Part shown: piece by piece, positions 16,931-27,700 of the stretch | How positions within the stretch are numbered: the first letter of the stretch is position 1 | Layout: each line of letters begins with the position of its first letter | Assembly: GCA_017858055.1 (NCBI GenBank) | Contig: JAFMCA010000007.1 | Location: 3,082 to 67,081, forward strand | DNA from: Flavobacteriaceae bacterium | GTDB taxonomy: Bacteria; Bacteroidota; Bacteroidia; Flavobacteriales; Flavobacteriaceae | Length of the DNA: 64,000 nt | Direction of reading: 5' to 3' | The notes under the pieces: generated by a model | Seen by the model: only the letters and a program-made list of their open reading frames with translations | The model's database searches: none | Told to the model about the DNA's origin: nothing | Translations under genes and position numbers: made by a program

Positions 16931-18274
16931 TCAAATCATTTTTGTTTTTCCTGGAGTAGGAATTGGATAATTTCCATCGGCATCTGGAAGTGATGGCGGA
17001 GTCGAGTTCCAAGTTACCTCCTCAGGCATAAGGTGTAATTCAGAGTTCAATGCTTCTTCAAAGGTGATTTTCTTTCCTGTGTACGTTGCCATTCGTCCCA
17101 AAATAGCCGTTAATGTACTTTTTGCCCCATTTTCTGCATCGGCAATGACACCCCCACTTCGAATGGAAGCAAACAAACGGTCGTGTTCAACTTGATAGGG
17201 ATTAGGATCTTCACTGTCTCTACTGGGATATTTATAAGTGCTTTCTCCATTCAAATTTGTAATTTCTCCTTTTCCTATTTCTACCGTCCCTTGTGTCCCT
17301 TGGAACACTTCGTCTACCCTTCTCATTGTTCCCGGGATATGACGACACTGGCTCGCAATTACCGCTCCATTTGCATAGGTAAATTCAACAAAGTGATGAT
17401 CGAAGATTTCCCCATGGTCTTTTCCGTTCCGTACCTGTCGTCCTCCCATACCTTGAGCTGAAATAGGATAATCTCCTATAAACCAATTCGCTACATCTAT
17501 ATTGTGTATGTGTTGCTCTAAGATGTGATCCCCACAAAGCCAGTTAAAATAATACCAGTTTCGCATTTGATATTCTAATTCAGATTGCCCTGCCTGACGC
17601 GCTTTTACCCAAACACCTGCGTCATTCCAATACACCTGTCCGCTCCGTATTTGACCAATAGCCCCCGAATCTATCCGCTGCTTTAAATCAATATACTTGG
17701 ATTGATAATGACGTTGTAACCCGACGACTACATTCAATTTTTTTGCTTTTGCAATTTTGGCAGTCTCCAAAACCTTTCGGATTCCTACTGGATCTGTAGC
17801 AACAGGTTTCTCCATAAATACGTGTTTACCATTCGCGATGGCGTATTCAAAATGGTAGGGACGGAAGCCAGGAGGGGTGGTCAAGATCACCACATCAGCA
17901 AGATCGATAGCTTTTTTGTAAGCGTCAAACCCGACAAATCGATTTTTTTCTTTTACATCAATTTTTTTCTGTCCCTCGAAGTGTTCTTGAATTCCTTTTA
18001 AGCTTCTATCAACTCGATCTGCAAAAGCATCTGCCATTGCAACCAGTTCCACATTTTCATCTGCAGTTAAAGCTTGAACCGCTGCTCCTGATCCACGACC
18101 ACCGCAGCCCACCAAAGCAAGTTTAAGTTTCTGTTCTCCATGAACATTTGCCATTCGCTCCACGCCCATAGGTACAGTTAGAAAAGCACCCGTAGCCATT
18201 GCAGTTTGCTGCACAAATTGACGGCGTGATTGATTTTGATTTTTTTGTTTGTTGTTTTTCATGATTTCTGTCAT
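16931..18274 (-). CDS. Tat-exported Gfo/Idh/MocA-family NAD(P)-dependent oxidoreductase
   Basis: Has the twin-arginine signal SRRQFVQQTAMATGAFLTVPMG, the Rossmann motif LALVGCGGRGSGAA and the EKP motif VFMEKPVA. It starts immediately after the upstream stop (0-nt gap). Confidence 0.85.
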   Translation of the reverse strand: MTEIMKNNKQKNQNQSRRQFVQQTAMATGAFLTVPMGVERMANVHGEQKLKLALVGCGGRGSGAAVQALTADENVELVAMADAFADRVDRSLKGIQEHFEGQKKIDVKEKNRFVGFDAYKKAIDLADVVILTTPPGFRPYHFEYAIANGKHVFMEKPVATDPVGIRKVLETAKIAKAKKLNVVVGLQRHYQSKYIDLKQRIDSGAIGQIRSGQVYWNDAGVWVKARQAGQSELEYQMRNWYYFNWLCGDHILEQHIHNIDVANWFIGDYPISAQGMGGRQVRNGKDHGEIFDHHFVEFTYANGAVIASQCRHIPGTMRRVDEVFQGTQGTVEIGKGEITNLNGESTYKYPSRDSEDPNPYQVEHDRLFASIRSGGVIADAENGAKSTLTAILGRMATYTGKKITFEEALNSELHLMPEEVTWNSTPPSLPDADGNYPIPTPGKTKMI

Positions 18275-19240
18275 TTATTGTATTGATTCGTATTTCCAAT
18301 ATTTTTTCTGTTCTTCTTCTGAAGGGGTTATCAGCGGACGTACCACTCGAAATCCAACAAAAGGTGCATCGGTATGCCACCACTTACTTTTTGGAATTTG
18401 TGGGTCGCGTTTTTTCCATTGTTTTGTTGAGGGGCGTCGTGCTGCTGAACGCAAACGGCTTGGACTATCCATCCATGACCCCCCACGTACCGCCTTGGGA
18501 TATACTTTATCGCCTTCCACCCACGGATCTTTAACACCGTCTTTTCGACTGCTATACTCAGTAGGTACATATTGATCCAAGGTCCACTCTGCAACATTTC
18601 CATGCATGTCATGTAATCCCCATGCATTCGGTTTTTTAGTACCTACCTCCTGATATTTATCATTACTGTTCTCTGCATACCACGCATATTCATCGAGTAG
18701 ACTTGGATCCTCCCCAAAGTGGTAAGCGGTTTCTGTGCCCGCTCTACAAGCGTATTCCCATTCGGCTTCTGTAGGCAAGCGGTAAAAATGACCCGTCATG
18801 GCAGACAGCCATTCACAGAACTTCACGGCAGCCAACTGAGTCATGCAGATGGCTGGAAAATTATCGACTCCCATTCCAAAACTCATTTCCACATAAGGTG
18901 TAGTTGCTCCAGAGACCGCATCCACGTCTATCTGTACTTCAGAATCTGAAGTTTTGGAATTTTGATTGGCATCCAATTCTCTACTCACAAAAAGATTATA
19001 AAAATCCCAAGTGACCTCATATTGACCCATCCAAAAATCACTCACAACTACCTCATGCTGTGGGCTTTCATCACCAAAGTGGCCCGGCTCTGTTTTAGGG
19101 CTCCCCATTTTAAAGGACCCTCCTGAGATAAATTGCATGGGCATGAGTTGGCTTAGTCCCTGAATTTTTTCAGTGTAATTTTGTTGGGCATTGCTCAGAA
19201 AAGCAGTAGCCAGGAGTACTATTGAAGCTAAAATTTTCAA
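18275..19240 (-). CDS. Exported formylglycine-generating-enzyme (SUMF1) fold protein lacking the catalytic Cys pair
   Basis: Has a Sec signal (LLATAFLSNAQQ) and FGE-sulfatase family motifs GGSFKMGSP, VTWDFY, RLPTEAEWEYACRAG, HGNVAEWTLD and RGGSW. The only possible start is a TTG (an in-frame stop lies 4 codons upstream). Confidence 0.85.
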   Translation of the reverse strand: MKILASIVLLATAFLSNAQQNYTEKIQGLSQLMPMQFISGGSFKMGSPKTEPGHFGDESPQHEVVVSDFWMGQYEVTWDFYNLFVSRELDANQNSKTSDSEVQIDVDAVSGATTPYVEMSFGMGVDNFPAICMTQLAAVKFCEWLSAMTGHFYRLPTEAEWEYACRAGTETAYHFGEDPSLLDEYAWYAENSNDKYQEVGTKKPNAWGLHDMHGNVAEWTLDQYVPTEYSSRKDGVKDPWVEGDKVYPKAVRGGSWMDSPSRLRSAARRPSTKQWKKRDPQIPKSKWWHTDAPFVGFRVVRPLITPSEEEQKKYWKYESIQ

Positions 19241-19620
19241 TTTAATTCTTTGTTAATTTTTAGAACTAACCACAATGTAGAAAAGAATTTACGAATCCTT
19301 AAAAAAAATTATAACTATTTAATTGATTCCAACTGATTTTAAACCTCATTGTCTTAATCTGAAGAGGCATTAAACATTTAAAGTTAGTCCCAATATGATC
19401 TTTTTTATGTTTGTTCAAAAAAAAAAACGAATTGTTTAACCCTTTTGAAACCTCAATAAATTCTGGGGTTTTGAAATATTTTAACAAAATTTTAAAAAAA
19501 AAGTGTGAGTTTATTTTGCAGCTAAAGGCTTTTTGGTACTTTTATATGTTGTGACTATTATTAAAGTAAAACCATTTTTTAATTTTCTAAACTAACTAAC
19601 AAACAATTAATACCAAGCAT

Positions 19621-22600
19621 ATGAAATTTAAACAAACATTAAACTTTGATTTGAGAGGGATTTTTTCCTTGCTTTTAATCTTTGTGATTAGCAGTGCTTT
19701 CGCTCAAAAATCAATCTCTGGTTCCGTTTCAGACGAAACGGGTCCTTTACCAGGCGTAACCATCGTCGAAAAAGGAACAACAAACGGTACCACTACCGAT
19801 TTCGATGGAAACTTTACCATCACCGTTGCTGATGATAATGCAACGCTTGTCCTCTCCTACCTTGGGTTTCTTACTCAAGAGGTAGCCGCTGGTTCAGATT
19901 CATTTGATATCACTATGGAATCTGGATCAGATGAGTTGGACGAAGTAGTTGTTACAGGTTATGGTACACAACGAAAAGCAACCTTAACGGGTTCCATCGC
20001 AACCATTGGTGGTGAAGATCTTGAAAAGTCTTCTTCACCTAACTTAGGAACAGCACTTGCTGGAAAAGTGGCCGGTTTGTATATCGATACTGGAAATGGA
20101 GCACCAGGTGCTGACAACCCAGCTATTCGTGTGCGTGGAACAAACACATTTAATAACTCCTCTGCTCTTATCGTAATTGATGGAATTCCCAACCGAGCGG
20201 GTGGTTTAGCTCGTATTAACCCAGCAGACATTGAGAGTATTTCGGTACTTAAAGATGCATCTGCGGCTATTTACGGGGCTCGAGCTGCGAATGGAGTTAT
20301 CCTTATTACCACAAAACGAGGTAAAGAAGGGAAAGCTAGAGTAAAACTTACTTCCAACTACGGTTGGCAAAACTTTACTACAGTACCTGACATGTTAACT
20401 GGTGCTGAATATATGGACCTTGTAAACTTATTAAATGTTTACAAATTACCAGTAGGGGAATGGGCAGCAGCAAATGCTGTTCGAGGACAACCTTTTACCC
20501 GTCCTAATGGAGAAGTATTAAACCCTACCTATTCTTCCGACCGGATTCAAAATACTGCTGCTGGAGCTGACCTTTGGAATTATCCTGATACAGATTGGAT
20601 GGAAGAAGTTCAAAGAAAAAACGCTCCAACCACACGTCAGAACGTTCAAATTTCTGGAGGTGATGAGAATGTAACGTATTTAGCTTCTGCTGGATTCCTT
20701 CGTCAAGAGGTAAACTTCAAAAATGCACCGAAAGGATTTACTCAATACGACTTGCGTTTAAACTTAGATGCAAAAATCAACGACTTTTTAAGTGTAGATG
20801 TTGGGCTTTACTCTAGACAAGAAGAAAACCTTACCTCTACTAACGCACCCTCTGGTGTATTCAATGATTTAGTTCGTCAATACCCTTGGTTCCCAGCTTA
20901 CTGGCCAACAGGTGAGTACGGTCCTGATATCGAAAACGGGAACAACCCTGCAATTCGAGTTACGGATGAGCCTGGTTACAACAACAGAAGTACAAACTTT
21001 GTACAAAGTAATATAGGAGTGAACTTTAAAGTTCCTGGAGTTGAAGGTTTATTGATTCGTGGAAACGTTTCTTATGACAAAATGAACTTTGATCAAAAAC
21101 TATGGCAACGTCCTTGGGAGTTGTATACTTGGGATGGAGTAAACAAAAACTCTTCAGGTTTAACAGCTGCTCAAAGAGGACCTGGTGATCCAAGTTTAAC
21201 ACAAGATCATACTACACTTACCGATATTACTGCAACGATCAACGCTTCTTATGAAAAAGATTTGGGAGATCACTACTTTAAAATACTCGGTGGGATCACA
21301 CGTGAAGAATCCGAACAAAGCTACATGAGAGCATTTAAAAGATTTTTCCTTTCCAATGACTTAGATCAGTTGAGTTTTGGTGGTCAGGATGGTCAATTCA
21401 GTCAAGGTACTGGATATGAAGTTGCTCGATTAAACTATTACGGTCGTGTAAATTACAACTTTCAAGAAAAGTATCTTTTAGAATTACTTTTCCGTTATGA
21501 CGGATCGTATTTATTCCCAGAAGAAACTCGCTACGGATTTTTCCCTGGAGTTTCTGCAGGTTGGGTATTATCTGAAGAATCATTTTTTGGCGACGGACTT
21601 GGCTTCATCGATTATTTCAAGTTGAAAGGATCCTGGGGACAATTGGGTAACGACAACGTTGCACCGTTTCAGTTCTTAGCTTCTTATGGATTCTCTGCTA
21701 CGAGTTTAGGAGATGTAATTACTACAGCATATGAAACTAAAGTACCTAACCCAAATATTACTTGGGAAACTCAAACCTCTTCCAACTTTGGATTTGATTT
21801 ACGGGCTTTAAATAACCGACTTTCTTTTGGATTTGAATTCTTTAGAAACTTGAGAGAGGATATCTTAACCTTACCAAACAAAACACTTCCTTCCTATAGT
21901 GGTATTACACCACCTGCACAAAACATAGGGGAATTTGAAAACAGAGGTTATGAAATCACTTTAGGATTAAATGGAGAGACGACTTCTGGACTTACTTACA
22001 ATATTGCATTTAATGTAAGTGATTCCAACAACAAACTTCTTTTTGTAGACGAACCTGATTTAGCAGACCGTCCATGGCAGAGAGAAACCGGTGGAGAAAT
22101 AGGAAGACCCTTGCGTTATGAATTTGCAGGAGTATTCCGTTCACAAGCTGAAATCGACTCTGAAACTTTAGACTACAGTGCTGTTGCACCACTTCTTAAG
22201 CCTGGGGATGCTCGAGTAAATGACATCAACGGAGATGGTAAAATTACTCCTGCAGATAGAACTCGTGTAGGTGGAAGTGCTTTTGCTGATACCCAATTTG
22301 GTTTCAATACAGCGATGACTTACAAAAACTTTGACTTTAATATGTACTGGAATGGTGCTGCTGGAGGTTACAACACCTACGAGTGGAGCTTTATGTCTGG
22401 AACATTAGCAAACGTTCAACGTGATGTATACACTCGAGCTTGGTCTTTAGACAACCCGAATGCACCCTACCCACGTTTAGCTGATCGTGGTGACCAGTGG
22501 TATTCAGGTCAAACAGATTACGCTTTAATTACTCGTGATTTTGTAAGGTTAAAAACACTTGAAATTGGTTATAACTTTACTGATGCTGTTACAAGTAAAA

Positions 22601-22797
22601 TCAGTGCAGAAAGCATTCGTCTTTCAGTTACTGGTACAAACTTGATCACGATAACTGACTTCCCTTTTGATCCTGAAGTTCTTCAATCAGGAGCAGATGT
22701 GAATAATACAAGAAATGCTGGTGGTGGTGCCGTGAACAACGGTGGTGCTTACCCATTACTCAAGACAATAATAACCGGAATACAAATAACCTTTTAA
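19621..22797 (+). CDS. SusC/RagA-family TonB-dependent outer-membrane transporter
   Basis: Has a signal peptide and an N-terminal CarboxypepD_reg domain (ISGSVSDETGPLPGVTIVEKGTTNGTTTDFDGNF). The plug/TonB-box region contains DEVVVTGYGTQRK and the barrel is about 1050 aa with a terminal aromatic (QITF). No STN domain is present. Confidence 0.95.
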   Translation: MKFKQTLNFDLRGIFSLLLIFVISSAFAQKSISGSVSDETGPLPGVTIVEKGTTNGTTTDFDGNFTITVADDNATLVLSYLGFLTQEVAAGSDSFDITMESGSDELDEVVVTGYGTQRKATLTGSIATIGGEDLEKSSSPNLGTALAGKVAGLYIDTGNGAPGADNPAIRVRGTNTFNNSSALIVIDGIPNRAGGLARINPADIESISVLKDASAAIYGARAANGVILITTKRGKEGKARVKLTSNYGWQNFTTVPDMLTGAEYMDLVNLLNVYKLPVGEWAAANAVRGQPFTRPNGEVLNPTYSSDRIQNTAAGADLWNYPDTDWMEEVQRKNAPTTRQNVQISGGDENVTYLASAGFLRQEVNFKNAPKGFTQYDLRLNLDAKINDFLSVDVGLYSRQEENLTSTNAPSGVFNDLVRQYPWFPAYWPTGEYGPDIENGNNPAIRVTDEPGYNNRSTNFVQSNIGVNFKVPGVEGLLIRGNVSYDKMNFDQKLWQRPWELYTWDGVNKNSSGLTAAQRGPGDPSLTQDHTTLTDITATINASYEKDLGDHYFKILGGITREESEQSYMRAFKRFFLSNDLDQLSFGGQDGQFSQGTGYEVARLNYYGRVNYNFQEKYLLELLFRYDGSYLFPEETRYGFFPGVSAGWVLSEESFFGDGLGFIDYFKLKGSWGQLGNDNVAPFQFLASYGFSATSLGDVITTAYETKVPNPNITWETQTSSNFGFDLRALNNRLSFGFEFFRNLREDILTLPNKTLPSYSGITPPAQNIGEFENRGYEITLGLNGETTSGLTYNIAFNVSDSNNKLLFVDEPDLADRPWQRETGGEIGRPLRYEFAGVFRSQAEIDSETLDYSAVAPLLKPGDARVNDINGDGKITPADRTRVGGSAFADTQFGFNTAMTYKNFDFNMYWNGAAGGYNTYEWSFMSGTLANVQRDVYTRAWSLDNPNAPYPRLADRGDQWYSGQTDYALITRDFVRLKTLEIGYNFTDAVTSKISAESIRLSVTGTNLITITDFPFDPEVLQSGADVNNTRNAGGGAVNNGGAYPLLKTIITGIQITF

Positions 22798-22803
22798 TTA
22801 AAC

Positions 22804-24687
22804 ATGATGAGAATGAAGAAGATTTTATTAAAAATTGTTGGTGGATTTATGTTTGCTTCGGCAATTATAAGTTGCCAGGATGACTTTTTAAGTACGACCC
22901 CTTTAAGCGAAATTGCTGAATCCAATGTTTGGTCCTCCTCAAAATTAGCTGAAGCAGCTGTACTTGATTTATATCAAGGTACTTGGGCTGGGACATTAAC
23001 CCGGGAAGAAACTACAGACGCATTTACAGACCAGGCGGTATTTACCCACCCTGGACGAGGTGTAGATGGCTATACTGAAGGAAAAATGAACCCTTCAGGA
23101 GGGTATATGGATATGCAATGGTTCAGTTGGACTCAGCTTTATCCGTTTATCAGAAGTGCAAATATTGCTATTCAAAAACTGACCGAAAATGAAGGAGGTC
23201 TGGAAGCTGGACTTGCTAAGCGACTTTTAGGAGAAGCTTATTTCATGAGAGGATACTTTTTCACTCAATTGATGAGACAGTATGGAGGGATTGTTCTTTT
23301 AACAGAACCTTTAACTCTTGAGAGCGAATCTGAAAATCCTAGATCTAGTTTTGATGCAACTATTAAACAAATTATCTCTGATATCGATCAGGCGATAACA
23401 ATGTTGGCCGATGCACCAGTTGATAAAGCACGAGCAAACAAATTAACTGCTCTCGCTTTAAAATCTAGAGTGTTGACTCACGCTGCTAGTGATTTACACG
23501 AGCCTTCAAAAGCTTCTAGTGTTTCTACCTTGGCATCTTTCGGAAACAAAGATTTAATAGGGTACACGAGCGGTTCGCAAGACCAACGTTGGCAAGCAGC
23601 CAAAGCAGCGTCTAAAGCACTCTTAGATGCAACTACCGGTTATAAATTAGATTATGCTGCACCTGCTAGTTTTGATGAAGCAAAACAAAACTATGAAGAC
23701 ATTTGGCTTCAAGGAGACAAGAACCAAGATTTCATCTGGGGTCGTCTTATCGAAGGATTTGGTTACGGTTCAAGAACCTATCCCGGTGGTAACGAATGGT
23801 CACAAGGACCTGGAATGGTTGCATTGTATCACGGTCCTAACGGATACCATGAGTGGGCTGGAACTACTCCTACCGAAGCTTTAGCTTCTAAGTATGCTTT
23901 AGCAGACGGTACTCCTTTTGATTGGAGTAACCCTGAGCACGCAAAAGACCCTTACGGAAATCGTGAAGCACGTTTCTATTCTACACTTCTTTTTGACGGA
24001 GCACCATGGAAACAAAGAACAAGTGATGTAGTTAAATTTGACTTGTTTAACGAATTACAAACGGGATATTACACTTTTGCTGATGGAACTATTGTAAATG
24101 GTGTTGATACACGTCAAGGTCCAATTGAAGACTGGAACGGCTCTAGAACTGGATATTATTTCAAGAAATTTGCAGATCCTTATTTACCTGCATCTTGGCC
24201 TAATAACCTTCAAAAAGTAGATGCGCCTTATTTACGTTATACCGAGGTTTTATTAAACTATGTTGAGGCAAACCTCAATTTAGGTGATGAGGCTGAAGCA
24301 AAAGCATGGTTAAACAAGCTGCGTTTCCGTAATGGACTTCCTGCTGTAACTGAATCTGGATCGGCTCTTGTTGAAATTTACAAAAGAGAACGTGATAAAG
24401 AATTGGTAAATGAGGATGCACGTTTGTTCGATATGAAACGTTGGTTAGAAGGACCTTATTCATTGAACAAGCAAGTTCAACAGACCTTAATCCAAGCAAC
24501 ACAAAAAGCTGGAAGTTCTATGACTCCTGGAAACTATAGAAAAAGTTCTGCTGATTTTGATTACAAATACACTCCTACAAACATTGTATTTGAAAATAGA
24601 ATTTGGAGAGATCACGTTTATTTCATGCCAATACCACAAAATGAAATCGACAGAGACCCCTCATTACTTCAGAATCCAGGATACTAA
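22804..24687 (+). CDS. SusD/RagB-family nutrient-binding outer-membrane lipoprotein
   Basis: It starts 6 nt after the SusC stop and has a lipobox (AIISCQDDF). Its size, TPR-like helical N-half and motifs (YFMRGYFF, RAELAF-like ERDKELVNEDARLFDMKRW) are typical of SusD. Confidence 0.9.
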   Translation: MMRMKKILLKIVGGFMFASAIISCQDDFLSTTPLSEIAESNVWSSSKLAEAAVLDLYQGTWAGTLTREETTDAFTDQAVFTHPGRGVDGYTEGKMNPSGGYMDMQWFSWTQLYPFIRSANIAIQKLTENEGGLEAGLAKRLLGEAYFMRGYFFTQLMRQYGGIVLLTEPLTLESESENPRSSFDATIKQIISDIDQAITMLADAPVDKARANKLTALALKSRVLTHAASDLHEPSKASSVSTLASFGNKDLIGYTSGSQDQRWQAAKAASKALLDATTGYKLDYAAPASFDEAKQNYEDIWLQGDKNQDFIWGRLIEGFGYGSRTYPGGNEWSQGPGMVALYHGPNGYHEWAGTTPTEALASKYALADGTPFDWSNPEHAKDPYGNREARFYSTLLFDGAPWKQRTSDVVKFDLFNELQTGYYTFADGTIVNGVDTRQGPIEDWNGSRTGYYFKKFADPYLPASWPNNLQKVDAPYLRYTEVLLNYVEANLNLGDEAEAKAWLNKLRFRNGLPAVTESGSALVEIYKRERDKELVNEDARLFDMKRWLEGPYSLNKQVQQTLIQATQKAGSSMTPGNYRKSSADFDYKYTPTNIVFENRIWRDHVYFMPIPQNEIDRDPSLLQNPGY

Positions 24688-24707
24688 TTTTTTAGTTCAC
24701 TGAATTG

Positions 24708-24740
24708 AAAAAAACCCTGTATATAATGCAGGGTTTTTTT
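24708..24740 (+). terminator. Intrinsic terminator downstream of the SusC/SusD pair
   Basis: AAAAAAA-CCCTGTAT-ata-ATGCAGGG-TTTTTTT forms an 8-bp stem with one G-U pair, followed by a 7-nt T-run. It lies inside the TTG-initiated N-terminal extension proposed by the ORF track. Confidence 0.7.
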
Positions 24741-24761
24741 ATTTTTGAAAAAACAATTTTT

Positions 24762-27700
24762 ATGAAGAAGCTCCTTTATTTACTTAGTGTAGTTGCAATT
24801 GTAGTTGGATGTAGTGCGGAAAAGAAACAATTCTCAAAGTTAAACGCTTCTCAAACGAATATTACTTTTGCAAATACCCTGTTCGAAACAAATAAAAATA
24901 ATTATTTCACCTATCCATATATGTATCTGGGAGGTGGTGTTGCAGCAGGTGATTTTAATAATGATGGACTTGAAGATTTATTCTTCACAGGGAATATGGT
25001 TCCCAATAAATTATACCTCAACAAAGGGGATTTCAAATTTGAAGACATCAGTGAAACAGCTGGTATTGCAGGAGACGATCGTTGGTATGCAGGTGTAACC
25101 TTAGTCGATATAAATAAAGATGGCTATTTAGACATCTATTGTTCTGTTTCTGGTGAAAAAGAACCTCATAACAACGTTTTATATCTCAACAATAAAGACA
25201 ATACTTTTTCTGAGGTAGCCCAAGCATACGGAATAGACGATAACGGTTATAGTATGCATTCCACTTTTTTTGATTACGATAAAGATGGAGATCTTGACTT
25301 GTACGTAGCGAACTACCCCCCTACCAGTTTTAAAGCCCCTGTAGACTATTACAAATACATGATTGAAAATCATGAAGCCATAGACTCTGACCATCTCTAT
25401 AGAAATGATGGAGAAACATTCGTTGATGTTACTGAAGAAGCTGGGATCAGTAACTTTGGTTTGAGCTTGGGTGTAGTTGCCTCTGATTTTAATAACGACG
25501 GTTATCCTGACCTTTACATTTCCAATGACTTTAACGCTCCAGACTATATGTACCTCAATAATGGGGACGGTACTTTTACAAATGATATTTTAAACTCGTT
25601 CCGTCAGACTTCCTTTTTTGGAATGGGTGTAGATGCTTCTGATTTTAATAATGACGGTTGGGTTGATTTATTTCAATTGGACATGAATGCTGCTGATAAT
25701 TTTAGATCTAAAGCTAATATGTCCTCAATGAATCCAGAGGTGTTCTATCAATCGGTCTCGCTTGGTTTACATCATCAATACATGCAAAACTCTTTGCAAA
25801 TAAATCAGGGCAATTTAAACGGGAACAGTCCCGCATTTAGTAATGTAGCTCGCTGGGGAGGGGTATCTTCTACCGATTGGAGTTGGGGAGGAATTTTTGC
25901 TGATTTTGATAACGATGGATGGAAAGATTTATACGTTACAAACGGAATCCGAAGAGATGTGAATAACAAGGATTTTTACAATGAAAATCGAGCTTTCTTT
26001 GATAAAATGGAAAATGATCCAAATTATAAAAATAAAGAGGATGAAGTGGGTCTATTATCCTACCTAGAAAGAATGCCCTCAGAAAAACTAACCAACTATT
26101 TATATCAAAACAACAGAGAAAATGGCTTTAAAAATAAAAGCATGGAATGGGGATTAGATGAAAAAACTTTCTCAAATGGTGTTGTGTATTCGGATCTAGA
26201 TAACGATGGGGATTTAGACTTGGTGGTAAATAATTTAGAAGATGTAGCGAGTGTATATCAAAACAATAGTATCAATACCAATTCTATCGGTTTTCAACTC
26301 ATTGGAAAGAACAATGAAACACCCTTAGGTACACGAATTCATATTGTAGCCGATGGACAATATCAAATGCAAGAATACAACCTCAGTAGAGGCTATTTAT
26401 CTTCCGTATCCCCTCGTCTGCATTTCGGCTTGGGAACTTCTACAAAGCTTGAAGAGGTTATCATCGAGTGGCCGGACGGGAAAAAAACTCGAGTAGAGAA
26501 TCCTCAAGTGAATGCCTATACTACTGTAGATTACAATAAACAAACTGCATTCTTTGAAAAAGAAAAATCTCTGCCCTCTCTAAAAGTTTTTCAAACAGTT
26601 GTGCAAAAAGACCCCTTTATTCATGAGGAAAATCCTTACAATGATTTTAAAGAAGAAGTATTATTACCACATAAAAATTCAACTCTTGGCCCTGCCCTTG
26701 CGGTTGGTGATTTAAACAATGATTCGAAACAGGATTATATTGTAGGAGGAGCGATAGGTCAACCCGCTTCAATGTATATTCAACAAAATGATGGAACCTT
26801 TGAAAAGGTCATGGTGCCCATATTCGAAAAAGATAAATTTTATGAAGACCTCGGAATTCAAATATTTGATGCCGATGGAGATGGCGATCAGGATCTCTAT
26901 TTCGCAAGTGGAGGGAATGAATTTAATGAGGGTTCTCAAGGATATGAAGATCGATTTTATGAAAATTTAGGAAAACTAAATTTCCGAAGAGATACGGAGG
27001 CTATTCCGGATACTCGAATCAGTGGCCTGGATGTAAGCGTCAATGATTTTGATCACGATGGGGATTTGGATTTATTTGTCGGAGGACGATTAAGTCCAAA
27101 AAAATACCCCTACCCGACTAGTTCAAGACTATTAGAAAACAGAAGTGCTGAAGGTAAGATTCAATTTGTGGATATTACAAAAGAAAAAAATCCTGAACTT
27201 GAAAACATTGGTTTAGTCACAGCTTCCGAATGGATTGATTTCGATGGAGATTCATGGGAGGATTTAATCGTTGTTGGAGAATGGATGTCTATCCGAATGT
27301 TTAAAAACAATCAGGGAACTTTTACAGAAGTAACGAATCAAATTTACCAACCCGAGCACAGGGGTTGGTGGTTCGACCTCAAAAAAGGAGATTTTGATCA
27401 GGATGGAGATATGGATTTAATTGTAGGTAATTTAGGGTTAAATTACAAATACCAAGCTTCTTTAGATAAACCCTTTAAGGTCTATTTGAATGATTTTGAT
27501 AAAAATGCAACCTATGATATTGTCCTGAGTTATCAATCCGATGACACTGAATATCCTGTGCGCGGAAGGCAGTGTTCCTCTGAGCAAATGCCTGCTATAA
27601 AAGAAAAATTCAAAAATTACAACAGCTTTGCCAGTGCTTCGTTGGAGGAAATTTATTCTGACAAAATGTTAGCCGAATCCTTAAAATATGAAATCACCGA

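Noticed and set aside
16931-18274. Assignment of the Tat-exported Gfo/Idh/MocA protein to GH109 (NAD-dependent alpha-N-acetylgalactosaminidase).
   Set aside because: The size and the Tat signal are reminiscent of GH109. However, I cannot align the sequence to my recollection of the GH109 catalytic region. Without a search the specific family call is unsupported, so it is kept as a generic Gfo/Idh/MocA.
18275-19240. Interpretation as a sulfatase-maturing formylglycine-generating enzyme, marking a sulfated-glycan PUL.
   Set aside because: There is no cysteine pair after the RGGSW motif and the protein is exported. No sulfatase gene is present anywhere in the window.
19299-19487. A 62-aa minus-strand ORF inside the 380-bp SusC upstream region.
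   Set aside because: The sequence is low-complexity and AT-driven (runs of F/K/N). I see no start context or signal, and it lies in the expected divergent promoter region. It is most likely non-coding.
24705-24761. A TTG-initiated N-terminal extension of the FG-GAP/UnbV ORF.
   Set aside because: The extension contains the SusD terminator hairpin and T-run. The ATG at 24762 gives a clean lipoprotein signal peptide.
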